A stretch of DNA of 64,000 nucleotides from Eledone cirrhosa. Taxonomy: Eukaryota. The notes beneath the pieces are model-generated. The model worked only from the letters and a program-made list of their open reading frames with translations. It was not told the DNA's origin and did not search any database. Position numbers and translations under genes: made by a program. Below, piece after piece: positions 13,946 through 26,927 of the stretch. Positions within the stretch are counted from its first letter, which is position 1, and the number at the start of each line of letters is the position of its first letter. Location: the NCBI GenBank assembly GCA_964016885.1, contig OZ024740.1, positions 139,190,001-139,254,000 on the forward strand, written 5' to 3'.

Positions 13946-14374
13946 TTTCAGTAGTAGTAGTAGCAGAAGCAACAACAACAGCAGCAGCATTAGTAGTAAT
14001 AGTAGTGACCAACCGTTTCCTCACATTGACAAATTGTTGGTGGTAAGTATATCGGTGTCTACGTACCGGAGTCTTAATTGGAAATCTGATATTATGGCAT
14101 CACATAAGACAAAATATGAATTGGCTGGAGATGGCGATGTGGTGATGGTAATAGTAGTATGTGGTGATGGTAATAGTAGTAGTGGAATAGACCTACCGTA
14201 AAAAGCATTCAAACCGTAACTATCACATCTATTTTTACCCGATGGTAGAGCTTGATTTAGCTGCTATTTCTAGCTGATCGTACAACTGCATAGATGATCC
14301 TCCACTGGCTCATAAGAATGATATCAATGTCGTTAGTAGTGTTGTGTTGGTAGTTACAATAAACGAAAATGTAA

Positions 14375-14790
14375 CATTACAATTTAGTTTATATGTCTGT
14401 ATTGTGGTGTGGCAAATAAACATTACACACACACCACGTTCGAACACAATGGAACCAAACTCCCGCTGTCACTGCTTCCGTTTTTCCCGTTCTCCCCATC
14501 TCCAACAAATTGGGGCCCACGTGCTGGCCGTCCCACAGCCCCGGCGGACAGCATAGACAAGGCGTTTCCCCGGAGGATGGTGAGGGAGACGCGCTGGAAG
14601 AGCGATTCCAGCTCGTGAGGCTCACACCTGCGGGTAGCCAACTCTGTGACGATGGTGGTGAGTAGGGAGGTGGCCCTAGGGCCAAGGACACCCGAAGTCT
14701 CCACTGCTACGGGGTTGACCACAAACCTGTCGGAGAGCGACCGATATTTGGAGAGTTTACCCTCCTCGGCCCGAACTGCAGCAGAGCCTG
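14375..14790 (-). mobile_element. 3' fragment of a CRE-like RLE non-LTR retrotransposon
   Basis: AEEGKLSKYRSLSDRFVVNPVAVETSGVLG...FQRVSLTILRGNALSML matches the E..K..KY / P.A.ET.G / QR.S....RGNA C-terminal pattern of CRE-type elements. Confidence 0.7.
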
Positions 14791-14878
14791 GGGGTAGAGG
14801 TTGTGGCAGTGACAGTAATGGTGATGAGGTTAAAGATGGTAGTAGTGGTGCAAGTGGTAGTGGTGGTAGTGTTAATAA

Positions 14879-15066
14879 TAATTGTTTCTATTTTAGGCAC
14901 AAGGCCAGCAAATTACCCAGTGCATTACTGGTACTTTATTTTATCGACCCCGTAGGGATGAAAGGCAAAGTTAACCTCGGCGGGATTTGAACTCAGATCA
15001 TAAAGGGACGTAACTCTATGCTTCAAAGCATGGCGTCCGACCCTCTAGCGATACTGCCAATCCACC
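14879..15066 (-). mobile_element. SINE family A copy
   Basis: Reverse complement of the family A consensus. Confidence 0.85.
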
Positions 15067-15129
15067 TTAATAATAATGTCCATGATGACAGTGGTGCTAG
15101 TGTTGGTGGTGATGGTGATAATATTAGTG

Positions 15130-15338
15130 GCAGTGAAATGGTGGTTGTCGTGATATTGGTAGTAGTATTGGTGGTGGTTATAGTTGCGCATGTGGTGATG
15201 GTGGTAGTAGTAGTGGGAATAAAGATGTTAGTGGTGGTAGTGAGGGTGGTGGTGGCGATAATGTTACTGGCAGTGTAAGGATGGTTAGGTTCTAGTGGCA
15301 TTGTGGTAGTGATAGGAGTAGTTGTGGTGTTGATGATG

Positions 15339-15408
<70 letters not shown>

Positions 15409-15760
15409 CAGCATCATCATCATCAGCATCATCATCATCATCAGCAGCAGCAGTAGTAGTATTAGTAGTAGTAGTAGTAGTGTGGTGGTTGTGATTGTGG
15501 TGGTGATGATTTTAGCGGTGGTGGTAGCGGTGCTGATACTTAAGGATGGTGGTGGTGGTTCATGGTGTGTGCGTGATGAAGGTGGAAGTAGTGGCACGTA
15601 TTTATACGGAGAGATTGATGCTGATATTAGTAGTGAGGGGTGATGGTGTAGGTGATGATGATGATGCCGATGATGATGATGATGATGATGATGTCGGTGG
15701 TGGTGGTGGTGGTGGTGGTGGTGGTGACGATGATAGTTGGGTTGGAGGTCGTGATTGTGG
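15130..15760. repeat. Compound trinucleotide low-complexity tract (GTG/GTA/GAT/CAT)n
   Basis: Direct reading. Confidence 0.9.
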
Positions 15761-16030
15761 TTGAGGTTAGTATGAAAAATGGTTTGCTGTTTAGAAGTTT
15801 GTATAGTAGAAAGTATTTTTCATCTGCTCGCCCTCGTTCTCCACTCACCCGACCTTAAAATCTTCAGTTCTCTCTCCACCCTCCTCTTCCAGTCTATTAT
15901 CTTTACCATCAACACCATGATCATCGAAGCTATTATTTCTAGCAATGCCACCACTAGTCCCACCCAGAATAATCTAAATCACATTTCTTAATAAAAACAG
16001 CCATAATAACCAGAACAATAACACTAATAA

Positions 16031-16640
16031 TCTCCTCCTCCTCCTCCTCCTTCTTCTTCTTCTTCTTCTTCTTCTTCTTCTTCTTCTTCTTCTTCTTCTT
16101 CTTCTTCTTCTTCTTCTTCTTCTTCTTCTTCTTCTTCTTCTTCTTCTTCTTCTTCTTCTTCTTCTTCTTCTTCTTCTTCTTCTTCTTCTTCTTCTTCTTC
16201 CCCTTGAGAGCGTCCTGGGGGCAGAGTCCTCAAACACTTGTTCCAGCGAGTCGCGTCAGAAGTAACCGCCTCCAATTGATCCGGCTGGATCCCCAAGTGA
16301 GACCAGCCAAGCTCATGGATTTTATCCAATCATCTTGCTCAGGATCTATCCCCAGTTCTCCTGTCGGCTGGTTATGTCTGCAAAATCTGTCCAGAGATTC
16401 TTTCCTGAGACATTCTAACTACATGCTCATAGTATGGGAGCTGTGATCTCTCAATTCGGAGAAGTAGCGGTTCTAACTGGAGCAATTGTCTACACACTCT
16501 ATAGAGTAACGTTACTCCAAAGACCCTTCGGAGGAATCCCATTTCGGCTACTTCTATTCGCGATCGTATTCCTTCGGTCATTACCCAAGATTCATGACCA
16601 TAGGTAATGATTGACACAAATACCGAATTGAAGATAGCGA
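16031..16640 (-). mobile_element. RTE-type LINE 3' end with a long (GAA)n tail (16050-16200)
   Basis: ITYGHESWVMTEGIRSRIEVAEMGFLRRVFGVTL...IERSQL; homologous to 21080-21740. Confidence 0.8.
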
Positions 16641-16729
16641 GTTTGAACTCAAAACGTAAAAAACCACAACTAAGTATCGCACTCTAATAATTCTGTCAAT
16701 CCATCACCCTAATGGTAATATTTTCTCAT

Positions 16730-17110
16730 TTAGGTGCAGGGCCAAAGACTTGGGAGAGGGGGAAAGTCTATTTATCAATTCTAGTACTAGACTGGTAGTT
16801 TATTTTATCGACCCCGGAAGGATGAAATGCAAAGTTGACCACGGCGAGATTTGAACACAGCACGTAAAGATTCGTAACTAAATTCTGCAAAACATTTTGT
16901 GCGATGTTTCAGCGATTCTGCCTACTCACCATAACGATTTTGGGGAGGTGAAAGTCGATTAGATTGACTGGTATTTTTATTGTATTGATCTCACAACGAT
17001 GAAAGGTAACGTTGGCATCGGCGAGAATTGAACTCACAACGTAGAGAGTCATAACCAAATACTGCGATTAATTTTGTCCGACGCTCTAACGATACTATCA
17101 ATGCTCTACC
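16730..17110 (-). mobile_element. Cluster of older SINE family A copies
   Basis: TTTTATCGACCCC..GATGAAA..AAAGTTGACC..GATTTGAAC motifs repeated. Confidence 0.7.
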
Positions 17111-17297
17111 CTCAACCTCCCTAAATAATAGTAATTATGATGATGATGATTTCTTTTATTGGCCACACGAGCTTAAGGCATTCAGGACAGGACAAATCAG
17201 AAATACAACTGTAAAGAGGACTTAAAAGGGATGGGGATATTTACATAGAATAAGATGATGGGGATTAGTAAATAAATACTACAATTACTACTACTAA

Positions 17298-17479
17298 TAA
17301 TTGTTTCTACTTTTGGCACAAGGCCAGCAATTACCAAGTGTATTACTGGTACTTTATTTTATCGACCCCGTAAGGATGAAAGGCAAAGTTAACTTCAGCG
17401 GGATTTGAACTCAGAATGGCAAGGGCCGTAACTCTATGCGTCAAAGCATGGCGTCCGACCCTCTACCAATACTGCCAAT
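17298..17479 (-). mobile_element. SINE family A copy whose head is duplicated in inverted orientation (17487-17547)
   Basis: Matches the consensus; palindrome centred at 17486. Confidence 0.85.
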
Positions 17480-18410
17480 GGAAGCCGCTTCCATTGGCAG
17501 TATCGGTAGAGGGTCGGACGCCATGCTTTGACGTATAGAGTTACGGCGCTGATGCTGAGATGGATTATAAATATTAATATCAGTAGTAGTAATTAAGCCT
17601 TGTGCCTAATGGTTTCTGATTTAGGCACAAGGCCAAATTACTACTACTGATATTAATATTTATAATCCATCTCAGCATCAACGCCGCCACCACCACTACC
17701 ATTATATTCTGTTAGTCAAAAGGAAATGTTTGGCATCCGTCGGGTGCGCCCTATATCCCGCCCCCTCATCCCTTTCCTCCTCCTCAGCCTTTTGTTTCAG
17801 GTCACTACATCAAATTTTTTTTCTCCACACACAGCTGGATCTTGTTTCGGTGAAGTAGGGGGTTAGTTCATGTAGAAGGATTAGACTAAAGTCCGATGTG
17901 CTGAAAGAAGGCTACCAATTTGTGGGGAGATGCTCCCTGAAAAAAAATAAGATTAATTATCTCTTTCCCCCTCCTTATCTTCTATTTCTTCTTTTCCTCA
18001 TATTATTCTTTTCACTTCACATCCTCTTTTCTTTCCCTTTATCTTCTTTTTCTCCTCTTCATTGTTCACTTCCCCAGTTTCCTTTGTTTAAATATCTTTT
18101 GGTGATCTCTCACACAACCGAAGAAGAAATATGTCTAACATTTTTTTCATTTTTTTTCATTCCTAAAATGACTTCTTTGAAAAATGTTTATATAACGGTC
18201 TGAAGGACACAGACATGGCTGCTTGGTTAAAATGTTTGCTTTTGTATATCCGAGTTGTTCCCGGCTCGATAAGACTGCGTCACGCCCTAGGCAAAAGTGT
18301 TGTTTTTTAACCGATGCCTTTGATTGACGTATACCTAGTAAGTGTAATTTAGTTGACAAAAACTATGCGAAAGGCCATACATACATACATACATACATAC
18401 ATACATACAT

Positions 18411-18727
18411 GATGGCTGCCCCCTCATTATCGAGTATGGCTATTGCACGATATACCATTATTAATAATTATTAATTAATTTTATCGTGCAATGCCTGTGC
18501 GTGAAGATATTTTTTAAAGTGAGGAAAGACTGTGCACTAAGCCAATCCCACTCTCTGAGCGACAGTAGCTATAACCCGAAAAGAAGAAAAGATCAACATC
18601 ATCGGTAACTACTGAGCCGCAGGTTTTTATATAGGAGTTATCCCAGTTTCCTGAGTTGTCTTCTCCTAGAAGAATGCCCTGACAAAGGCTAGGGGTCCTT
18701 CATTTCCAGTGGTTTAACCGCGCGGTA
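18411..18727. repeat. Dispersed non-coding repeat family in (CATA)n context; related segments at 9787-9905 and 31762-32190
   Basis: Shared TTCTCCTAGAAGAATGC.CTGACAAAGGCTA.GGGTCCTTCA.T.CCAGTGGTTT block (9787-9905); weaker similarity at 31762-32190. Confidence 0.6.
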
Positions 18728-18975
18728 CATGTGTATATACATATTTACACACTTTTGGGTGGCCGTTGACTCTTATGAGCTCTTCCGCCCTTTGTCAGGT
18801 TTTGTTTTTTGTCCTGCAGGGTGTCCAAAATCACCCTCCTCACCAAGTAAACTTGGTGGGGTTGCCGGTTTAGTCACCGACGACCCGACCATGCGACAGG
18901 TTGTACTGGGTTACATGTTACCAGTAGCACTCAAGAGTGACCCGACATAGATACATACATACATACATACATACA

Positions 18976-19006
<31 letters not shown>

Positions 19007-19050
19007 GTACATACATACATACATACATACATACATACATACATACATAC

Positions 19051-20436
19051 AGACGAAATCCGAGCAGTTGATGTTGGAACTCGAAAAATACTAAACAACA
19101 CCGGAAACTTCCACATCAACAGTGACATAGACCGCCTTTACTTGAAACGTAAGCAGCGAGGCAGATGCCTAACATCAGTGAAGACAACATTTGAATGTCG
19201 CATCATATCTCTCCGACAACATCTACGAACCGCGAAGCGTAGGAGCCCGTTTCTCGAGCAAGTCTATCTGCATGAAACAGATAAGATCATGAGAGTTGGG
19301 AAGGAACTCCTCGAGAGATATTCCGTGTGATAATCAAAAACCCACACCCAGAGATGTCGCTCAGCAGTATCGTAGTGAATCCATGGATGAAAAACTGCAT
19401 GCCTATCAGCAAAAAATCATGCATGGATATGTTGCCAGGAAGCTCCAGAGTGAGAGTAATATAGATAAGGAAAGTAGTCTATCTTGGACCAACAACCGCT
19501 ATATTGGCTCCCACTTTGAAGGATACGCTTTTGCAACCCAAGAACAGGAGATTAACACGAAATACCTGATTCACAAAAGAGATAGGGATGCAGGCAAAAC
19601 ACCTAGATGTGATAACAAGTGCAGACTCTGCAGAACTAACATCGAGGATATCACCCATGTCATCAGCAGCTGTCCAAATGTGTCATCGCAGTACTATGAA
19701 GCATGATGTAGTGGACAAAACACTGTACAATGCAGTTCGTAAAAAAGATAGCGCCGATAATAAACACATTAAAAGCTACAGCAATGTGGAAGACATCCAT
19801 GTACATAATATGAAAGAGTACTGGTGGAATGTTCCAGTAAAAACCCCAATAAAATGCAGGCATAACAGACCAGATATTATGATATGGGACAGGGAGAGGA
19901 AAACATGCGCAGTAGTGGAAATTAGCTGCCCAGCAGATGCCAATATAATATCAAAGATTAGTGAAAAGGAGAATATTTATGCAGAACTGATGAGAAATCT
20001 GCAGATACTCCACCCTGATTACACTTTCAGATTTATGCCTGTGATTATTGGGGCACTGGGATATGTTAGTAATTGCCTCAATACAAATCTTGAGATGCTA
20101 GGCTTCACAGGAACAGAAAGAACACAACTAGTTAGGAAACTACATGTACAATCCATTAATGGAACAGTAAAAATATGTAAAACATTCCAAAAATGTTGCA
20201 TCTAATAACTGCATATACACATGTACAGATACAAAGCATATACACATGCACACATACAACTCAAAACATCCACATCCACACATACAATACCATCCATATC
20301 TACACATGCATGCATACATACATATCTACCTAGTTGATGTTGTGTAAATTCCAACGAGAGAGTCTTGTGTCTATGTTAGAAACCGACTCTCTCTCTCTCT
20401 ATTGGTAAAACTTTGTGAAATTATAAAACCAGAAGA
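19051..20436 (+). mobile_element. 5'-truncated R4/Dong-type RLE non-LTR retrotransposon (frameshifted)
   Basis: CRLCRTNIEDITHVISSC zinc finger, KHDVV (RHD equivalent), HNRPDIMIWDRERKTCAVVEISCP restriction-like endonuclease, KENIYAEL, PVIIGALG; ~230 nt 3'UTR; (CATA)n on both sides. Confidence 0.88.
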
Positions 20437-21079
20437 ACATACATACAATAGGAATATATCGTCTTCATGTTGCAGGAAAACACTCTAGTCAATATATCTT
20501 GAATTACCATATCAGGCCTCAATGATAAACGTTGGGTACTATTAATAAAGTTTTGAAAGGGCCGTGTACAAAACGCCTAGACAGCATGTAGAAATTAGAT
20601 TGAGAATAACAACAACGAGTACCCAGGGAATATATATTTGCTTAGACCTTTAGCTGTTTCTGTCGCACCTTTATATACAAATGGTAGAAGGGATAACTGC
20701 AAATTCACAACAATTGTAGAAGCAAGTGGATTGGATCTGACTGTATTAGTTGGTATTATTCATAGGGTGTAGTGTGGCAAACGCGGAACCTCTGTGAATT
20801 ACCGTTATCACTTTTGTTTAGCAGTTACTGTCGTTACGTGGCTTGTTAGTGGTAAACTTACTAGCAAATTCTATATAAATTCCCTGGCTTGAAGATCTAA
20901 GAATGACTTCAAGACTCGGCACTCGACAATTTAGAAGGGAATTGAAATTTGGAGTGTATATAATAGGAATCTATCGGATATAAAATATTGATGATGATAT
21001 CCAATTCAATCTAGGGCTTTCTCAATCCTGTTGGAGTTACTCCCCCCTGGTTGATCTCCACAACTTTTTATTTAGTTGC

Positions 21080-21711
21080 GGTCTCAAGGAAGCCCAAGCA
21101 GCGCACTCTACATGTGAATGGAGTTCCCCTGGAGCAGGTGGAGAAGTTCAAGTATTTCGGCGCTGTATTCATGAGTGATGGAAGGCAGGAAGCTGAATTA
21201 AATGCAAGAATTGCAGGAGTTGGTGCAGTAATTCGGCAGTTTTAGCATTCGGTAATCAAAAGTGAGGTAAGTATAAAAGCCAAACTCGCTATCTTCATTT
21301 CGGTATTTGTGCCGGTCCTTACCTATGAATCTTGGGTAGTGATCGAAAGAATACAATCGCGAATACAAACGGCCGAAATGGGGTTCCTTCGAAGAGTCTT
21401 TGAAGTAACGTTTATTCGTTAGAGTGCGTAGCTTGAAGATCAGAGAGTCGCCGAGTGGCTACTTCCCGAATTGAGAGATCACAGTTCCGATACTATGAGC
21501 ATATGGTTAGAATGTCTCAGGAAAGAATCGTTGGACAGATTTTACGAACAAAACCAGTCGACAGGATATCCAGGGATAAATCCTGAGCAAGCTGGTTGGA
21601 TAACATCCATGAACTGAGCTGTCACGTTTGGGGAACCAGTCGGATCAGTTGCTTCTGACAGGACCCGCTGGAAGGCGTGTTTGAGGACGCTGCCCCCACG
21701 ACCTTTTGAAG

Positions 21712-21740
<29 letters not shown>
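21080..21740 (+). mobile_element. RTE-type LINE 3' end with (GAA)n tail
   Basis: LHVNGVPLEQVEKFKYFGAVFMSDGRQEAELNARI; downstream AEMGFLRRVF; GAA tail at 21708-21740. Confidence 0.82.
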
Positions 21741-21742
<2 letters not shown>

Positions 21743-21949
21743 CGGCTAAATCGATTCCAGTGTGTAACACTTTATTTTGTCGATTCCGTAAGGATGAAAG
21801 ACAAAGCTGACCTCGGCGCGATTTGAACTCAGAACGTAAAGAGCCCGAACAAATGCCACAATGCCTTTTACCCAACGCTCCAACGATTCAGCCAATCCAC
21901 CGTCCTCGCAGCCACTATTAATAATGAATATTATTAGAGAGATAGATGA

Positions 21950-22168
21950 GGGCGGTGGATTGGCAGTATCGGTAGAGGGTCGGACGCCATGCTTTGCAGC
22001 ATTGAGTTACGGCTCTTTATGATCTGAGCTCAAATCCCGCCGAGGTTAACTTTGCATTTCATCCTTATGGGGTCAATAAAATAAAGTACCAGTCACGCAC
22101 TGGGGTCGATTTAATCGACTTTCCCCTCCCCCAAATTACTGGCCTTGTGCCTATATAAGAAACCATTA
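21950..22168 (+). mobile_element. SINE family A copy (long variant, well preserved)
   Basis: GGGCGGTGGATTGGCAGTATCGGTAGAGGGTCGGACGCC... through ..AGAAACCATTATT. Confidence 0.9.
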
Positions 22169-22633
22169 TTAGAGAGATAGATAAGTACACAGAGATATAG
22201 ACAGAAAAAACATAGAGAGAAACAGAAGGAGATACACAAAAAAAGACGGAGAGAAAGCAAGCGATATAGAGGGAGAAAGTGAGAGAAAAGGCTTTAAATT
22301 AAAAGAGAAGCAAAGGAAAATATTTAGATCTACACATGCCAATACCCATGTCTGTTGTAAGGGCGGTGTTGGGACATACAGCGGTCTTCGGTATTAAGCC
22401 CGGTGGAATCCATCCTTCTCGGGATCTTGGCACCGTTGATTTCTTCCATATATATATATATATTGGAAAATGTGGGAGATCCTTGGTACAGTTAGGTATA
22501 TTTTAAAAAAAGGAAAAGAATGACTTCACTTTTAGTGTTAACAAATATTTGATTTAATTTTATAATATTATAATATAAAATTAAATCAAACATTTTTTAA
22601 CACTACAAGTGAAGTAATTCTTTTCCTTTTTTT

Positions 22634-22667
<34 letters not shown>

Positions 22668-22670
<3 letters not shown>

Positions 22671-22913
22671 GGGCGTTGGAAGCATTTCTGAATTTGTGGA
22701 GGTTGGGCAAATGTTGTCAATTTAGTTGTAGTGATTAGTTTAGCTCTTTGCAATCTTAAATGGTCAGAAAACTTCGATATGCGATAAACATAACATGTAT
22801 ATAAATTGTAGCGCTTATACAAATAGATATGTTTTGGTAGTTTGGGGAGAAATGTATAATTTTTTTTGGGGGGGGCATGCCTCTACCTCTGGTCCCCAGT
22901 TCCACCGACCCTG
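22668..22913. mobile_element. MITE-like element with imperfect TIRs
   Basis: CAGGGGCGTTGGAA ... TTCCACCGACCCTG, flanked by TA. Confidence 0.5.
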
Positions 22914-22939
22914 TATACACACACACACACACACACACA

Positions 22940-22983
<44 letters not shown>

Positions 22984-23903
22984 GGAAAAATTTGAACAGG
23001 GACAAAACAGAGAGGCAGTACAACGAATGTTTATTAATTTCACATATAAGAGAGAGAGAGAGAGAAGTAAGAAACTGAGACAGATATATCAACCCGAAAT
23101 TTTAACGACTCTGCCACTTTGCCACCCATAAGATTTGACCACACATTAATAATAAATAAATAAATAAAAACTAATATTTTTCTCACAAAGAAAGACAATT
23201 TTTGACATGTCAGTGGATGGAGTGAACAGGATATAGAAGAATTAATTAATAGTTTTGTAATTTAAGATAGAATTATTGATCCTTTGGCTATATTAAATAT
23301 CCCATTACTAACGTCAACACTGAAAACCACCATCAACACATTTTAAAACATATTTTCTCTATTATATTCATTTATTGTATCTTTTGATGATTTATTTGTT
23401 AGATTGTTATTGTAGCTGTATTTGATGTATTTCCAACGCCTTCATTTCACCGAATGCCTTATTGATAAGATAAAAAAAATTCCATTTTTCGTATAGGTTT
23501 CATTTAATTTTCACATATCTGATTATTTAGTAGCACGATGTCATTTTAGGAGTGGCTATTAAGCAAGACGTGTCTAATCTCTCTAAATTACACCCCGTTT
23601 TAATTTCTTTATTATTTCTTTATTTGTTTATTAATTATTATTTATTTAGGGAGGTTGATTGACAGAGTTGTGAGAGCGTTTGGATAGGTTGCTATGTAGT
23701 ATTTGTTTCAAATCTCGCTAATGACTTCTTTGCCTTTCATAATTTCGGGGTCAATAAAATAAACAACCAGTCATCTATATATACATATATATATAATATA
23801 AGCAAGTATTGCAGCAAGAAAAAATAGACTTCAGCGAGAATTTATTGCCTTTAACATAGGTTTCTGTGTTTATTATAATAATCTACATATGCTGACTACC
23901 ATC

Positions 23904-24089
23904 GGTGGATTGGCAGTATCGGTAGAGAGTCGGACGCCATGCTTTGTAGCATAGAGTTGCACCCCTTTATGATCTGAGTTCAAATCCCGCCGAGGTTAAC
24001 TTTGCCTTTCATCCTTATGGGGTCGATAAAATAAAGTACCAGTAATGTACTGACTAATTGCTGGCCTTGTGCCAAAAGTAGAAACAATT
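23904..24089 (+). mobile_element. SINE family A copy
   Basis: Consensus match. Confidence 0.88.
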
Positions 24090-25282
24090 ATATGCAATAT
24101 TTAATTATTTTTCACACGTCTTCTGAAAGCTTAAAATTATTTGTGGTAGTGTCTTTTCATTATGCCGTAATATACACAATTCATTTGCCTAAGTCATAAA
24201 CATTCACGCAGCGCTTTATATGTGAGAGAGCAACTCACGGAACACCAATCAAGCTAACAGTTACTACTGCATATTCTGCCACTCTACAATGAACAACTGA
24301 CCAACCAAATCACTAATATAAAATAACATCTGGTCACAACAACCAATCAACTTAACTGCCGCTACGACTACATATTTTTTTATTACCTGTTAATGATTTA
24401 TAGTAATACAGGTGTTTATGACAATAATGATATAGGTAAAATGAGGTTGTTCACAGAACACATATACATATGTAGATTCTGATAGACATATAGCTGTAAA
24501 CTTTGACAGTTATTCAGATGTGGATTCCAACAGATAAACTGCTGTAGAAAAAAGTGAAGGCGCGTGGCCTAATGGTTAGGGCATTGGATTCTAGATCTAA
24601 GGTCGTGGGTTTGATCCCTAAATCGGGCGTTGTGCTGTGGGGCATCTGGCATTAAAACATCCAAGAAACTTCCTACGAAGTACAATCTCAAATGCAGCTA
24701 AAGCTGCATAGGGTGAGCTGTACATTCAAAACATACTTCCGAAGATTCATGCATGTGGTATGATTGCTGAAAGAGCCAAAGGAAATGTGAGTTTAGGAAC
24801 ACAGATAATATAATATTATAATCGTTACTACTCTCTTCAACACTGACAGTCGTAGCGAATGAATAAGCTTATAAATGGTTGCAGGCTGTGCTAGAAATTA
24901 CAGCCAAATCTCATTCTAATCAAACTTTGTCGACATTAAGATATAATGTATTGCAGACTTATCCAACCCATGACAGCACGAAGACATTTTATTGAAGTAA
25001 AACAGCTAATAATGTTGTTGTTGTTGTTTAGCCCGAAGCTAACCTTGATTGGGAGACCTAGTGTACCTCAGATTACATATTTGGAAGTAATGAAATACCG
25101 CTGAAGTCTTTGTCTTTTAACCTTTTGAGGTCGATAAATACAGTACCAATCCAAAGGCGGTGAATTGGTAGAATTGTTAAAGAGTCGGACGCGATGCTTT
25201 TCTGTATCTGACCCAGCTCAATACAAATCCCGTATTCTTCAGCCGGAGGTTGCGATCGGTAGCGACCCTTACATATATATAT

Positions 25283-25630
25283 AGTGAAGGGGCAGGGCTT
25301 AGCGGTTAGAGGATTGGGCTTGCAATCGGGAGGTTGTCACTTCGATTCTCGGATCGGACGATGCGTCGTTTCCTTGAGCAAGACACTTTCTTTCACGTTG
25401 CTCCAGTTTACTCAGCTGTAGAAATGAGTTGCGACATCACTGGTGTCAAGCTGTATCGGCCTTTGCCTTTCGTTGGACAACATCGGTGGCGTGGAGAGGG
25501 GAGACTGGTATGCATGGGGAACTGTCGGTCTTTTACAACAACCCTGCCTGGACTTCTGCCTCGGAGGGGAACTTTCTAGTTTCAAATCCCATGGTCATTC
25601 GTGACCGAAGGGAGTCATCACCCTTCCCCT

Positions 25631-25635
<5 letters not shown>
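25283..25635 (+). mobile_element. SINE family B full-length copy (tRNA head, CORE-like domain, unique tail); partial copies at 24553, 29330, 41290 and 44140
   Basis: GGCTTAGCGGTTAG A-box, TTCGATTCTC B-box, TCCTTGAGCAAGACACTTT..TTGCTCCAGTTTACTCAGCTGTAGAAATGAG CORE-like block. Confidence 0.75.
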
Positions 25636-25699
<64 letters not shown>

Positions 25700-26052
25700 T
25701 AGCATTTCTTTGTTTATTTTTTATATATGAATATTGATTGTTCCTTATATCACATTCTGTTATTTTGCCCGAGAAAATATCTGTGTGTGTCATCAAATGT
25801 TGTACACACATAGATATTTTTTCAATTTCCAATTGAGTTCTTAGCACGTGGCCTGAATTCCTTTCAGAGTTCATTGTCACGCGCATGTATTGTTTTTTGG
25901 GGCGGTAATTCACTTCCTCATTTTTTTAATCAGTTCGAGCACTTCTTTCAGAACTGCTGGACTGGCAACCTGACAGATACCTGAGGCACAGAAAGTGATT
26001 ATCGCTAAATGCTGATGTTGGTTAGATTATCAATATTAGTATTATTGGAGCA

Positions 26053-26179
26053 CCCACTGATGAATTATAGGAGCCCACTTGAATATATATCTATTGATGG
26101 TATACAAGCTCCTACATAAATTGGTATAATTTCACCCAAATTGTAGGAATCCTATAATGAAACGAGACGTCCGTCTGGG
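26053..26179 (+). ncRNA. Type I hammerhead ribozyme with a long loop II
   Basis: ccca-CTGATGA-attatagga...tcctataat-GAAA-cg(a)gacgtccg-TC-tggg: stem I 4 bp, stem II 9 bp perfect, near-palindromic stem III, GUC cleavage triplet. Confidence 0.75.
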
Positions 26180-26352
26180 AAGAGATATATTAGATATGTC
26201 TCATATGAAATATACAGCCAATTTTCCACGCAATACTTTTAGTTAGCACCCGAATACATAATTGGGAATATAATCACTTATTTCCTAATGTTTGTTGAGT
26301 GAGTTGGAATTTGGCCGGAGTATCGCTAAAAAGCTTTCTCCGATATTGTATT

Positions 26353-26469
<117 letters not shown>

Positions 26470-26896
26470 GATAAGAGAAAGAGAGAGAGCGAGCGAGATG
26501 AGGGTGTTGTATGTACTAACTTATATAGGAAGGTAGACGGGCAGATAGATAGAGATATAGACAGACAGACAGACAGACAGACAGGCAGACAGACAAACAG
26601 ATAGATAGATAGATAGATAAATAGTCCGACAAACAGATAAAAGGAAGGATTATGAAGGAACAAGGCGAAAAAAGCAAACAAATTCAAAAAGAAAAGAGGG
26701 AAGAATAGAAAGAACAGAGAATGAAAAAAAAAAAACAGACTAACCCCAAATATAAATAACAACTAATTGGTAGGCTAATACATCCAACTTGTTAATCATG
26801 GATAAAGAGGATCGGTATTCTTTGAAGTATTATAACAGGAGGGCATACGCGCAAATACACGCACACACACACACATAGATATATACAGCCACACGT

Positions 26897-26927
<31 letters not shown>

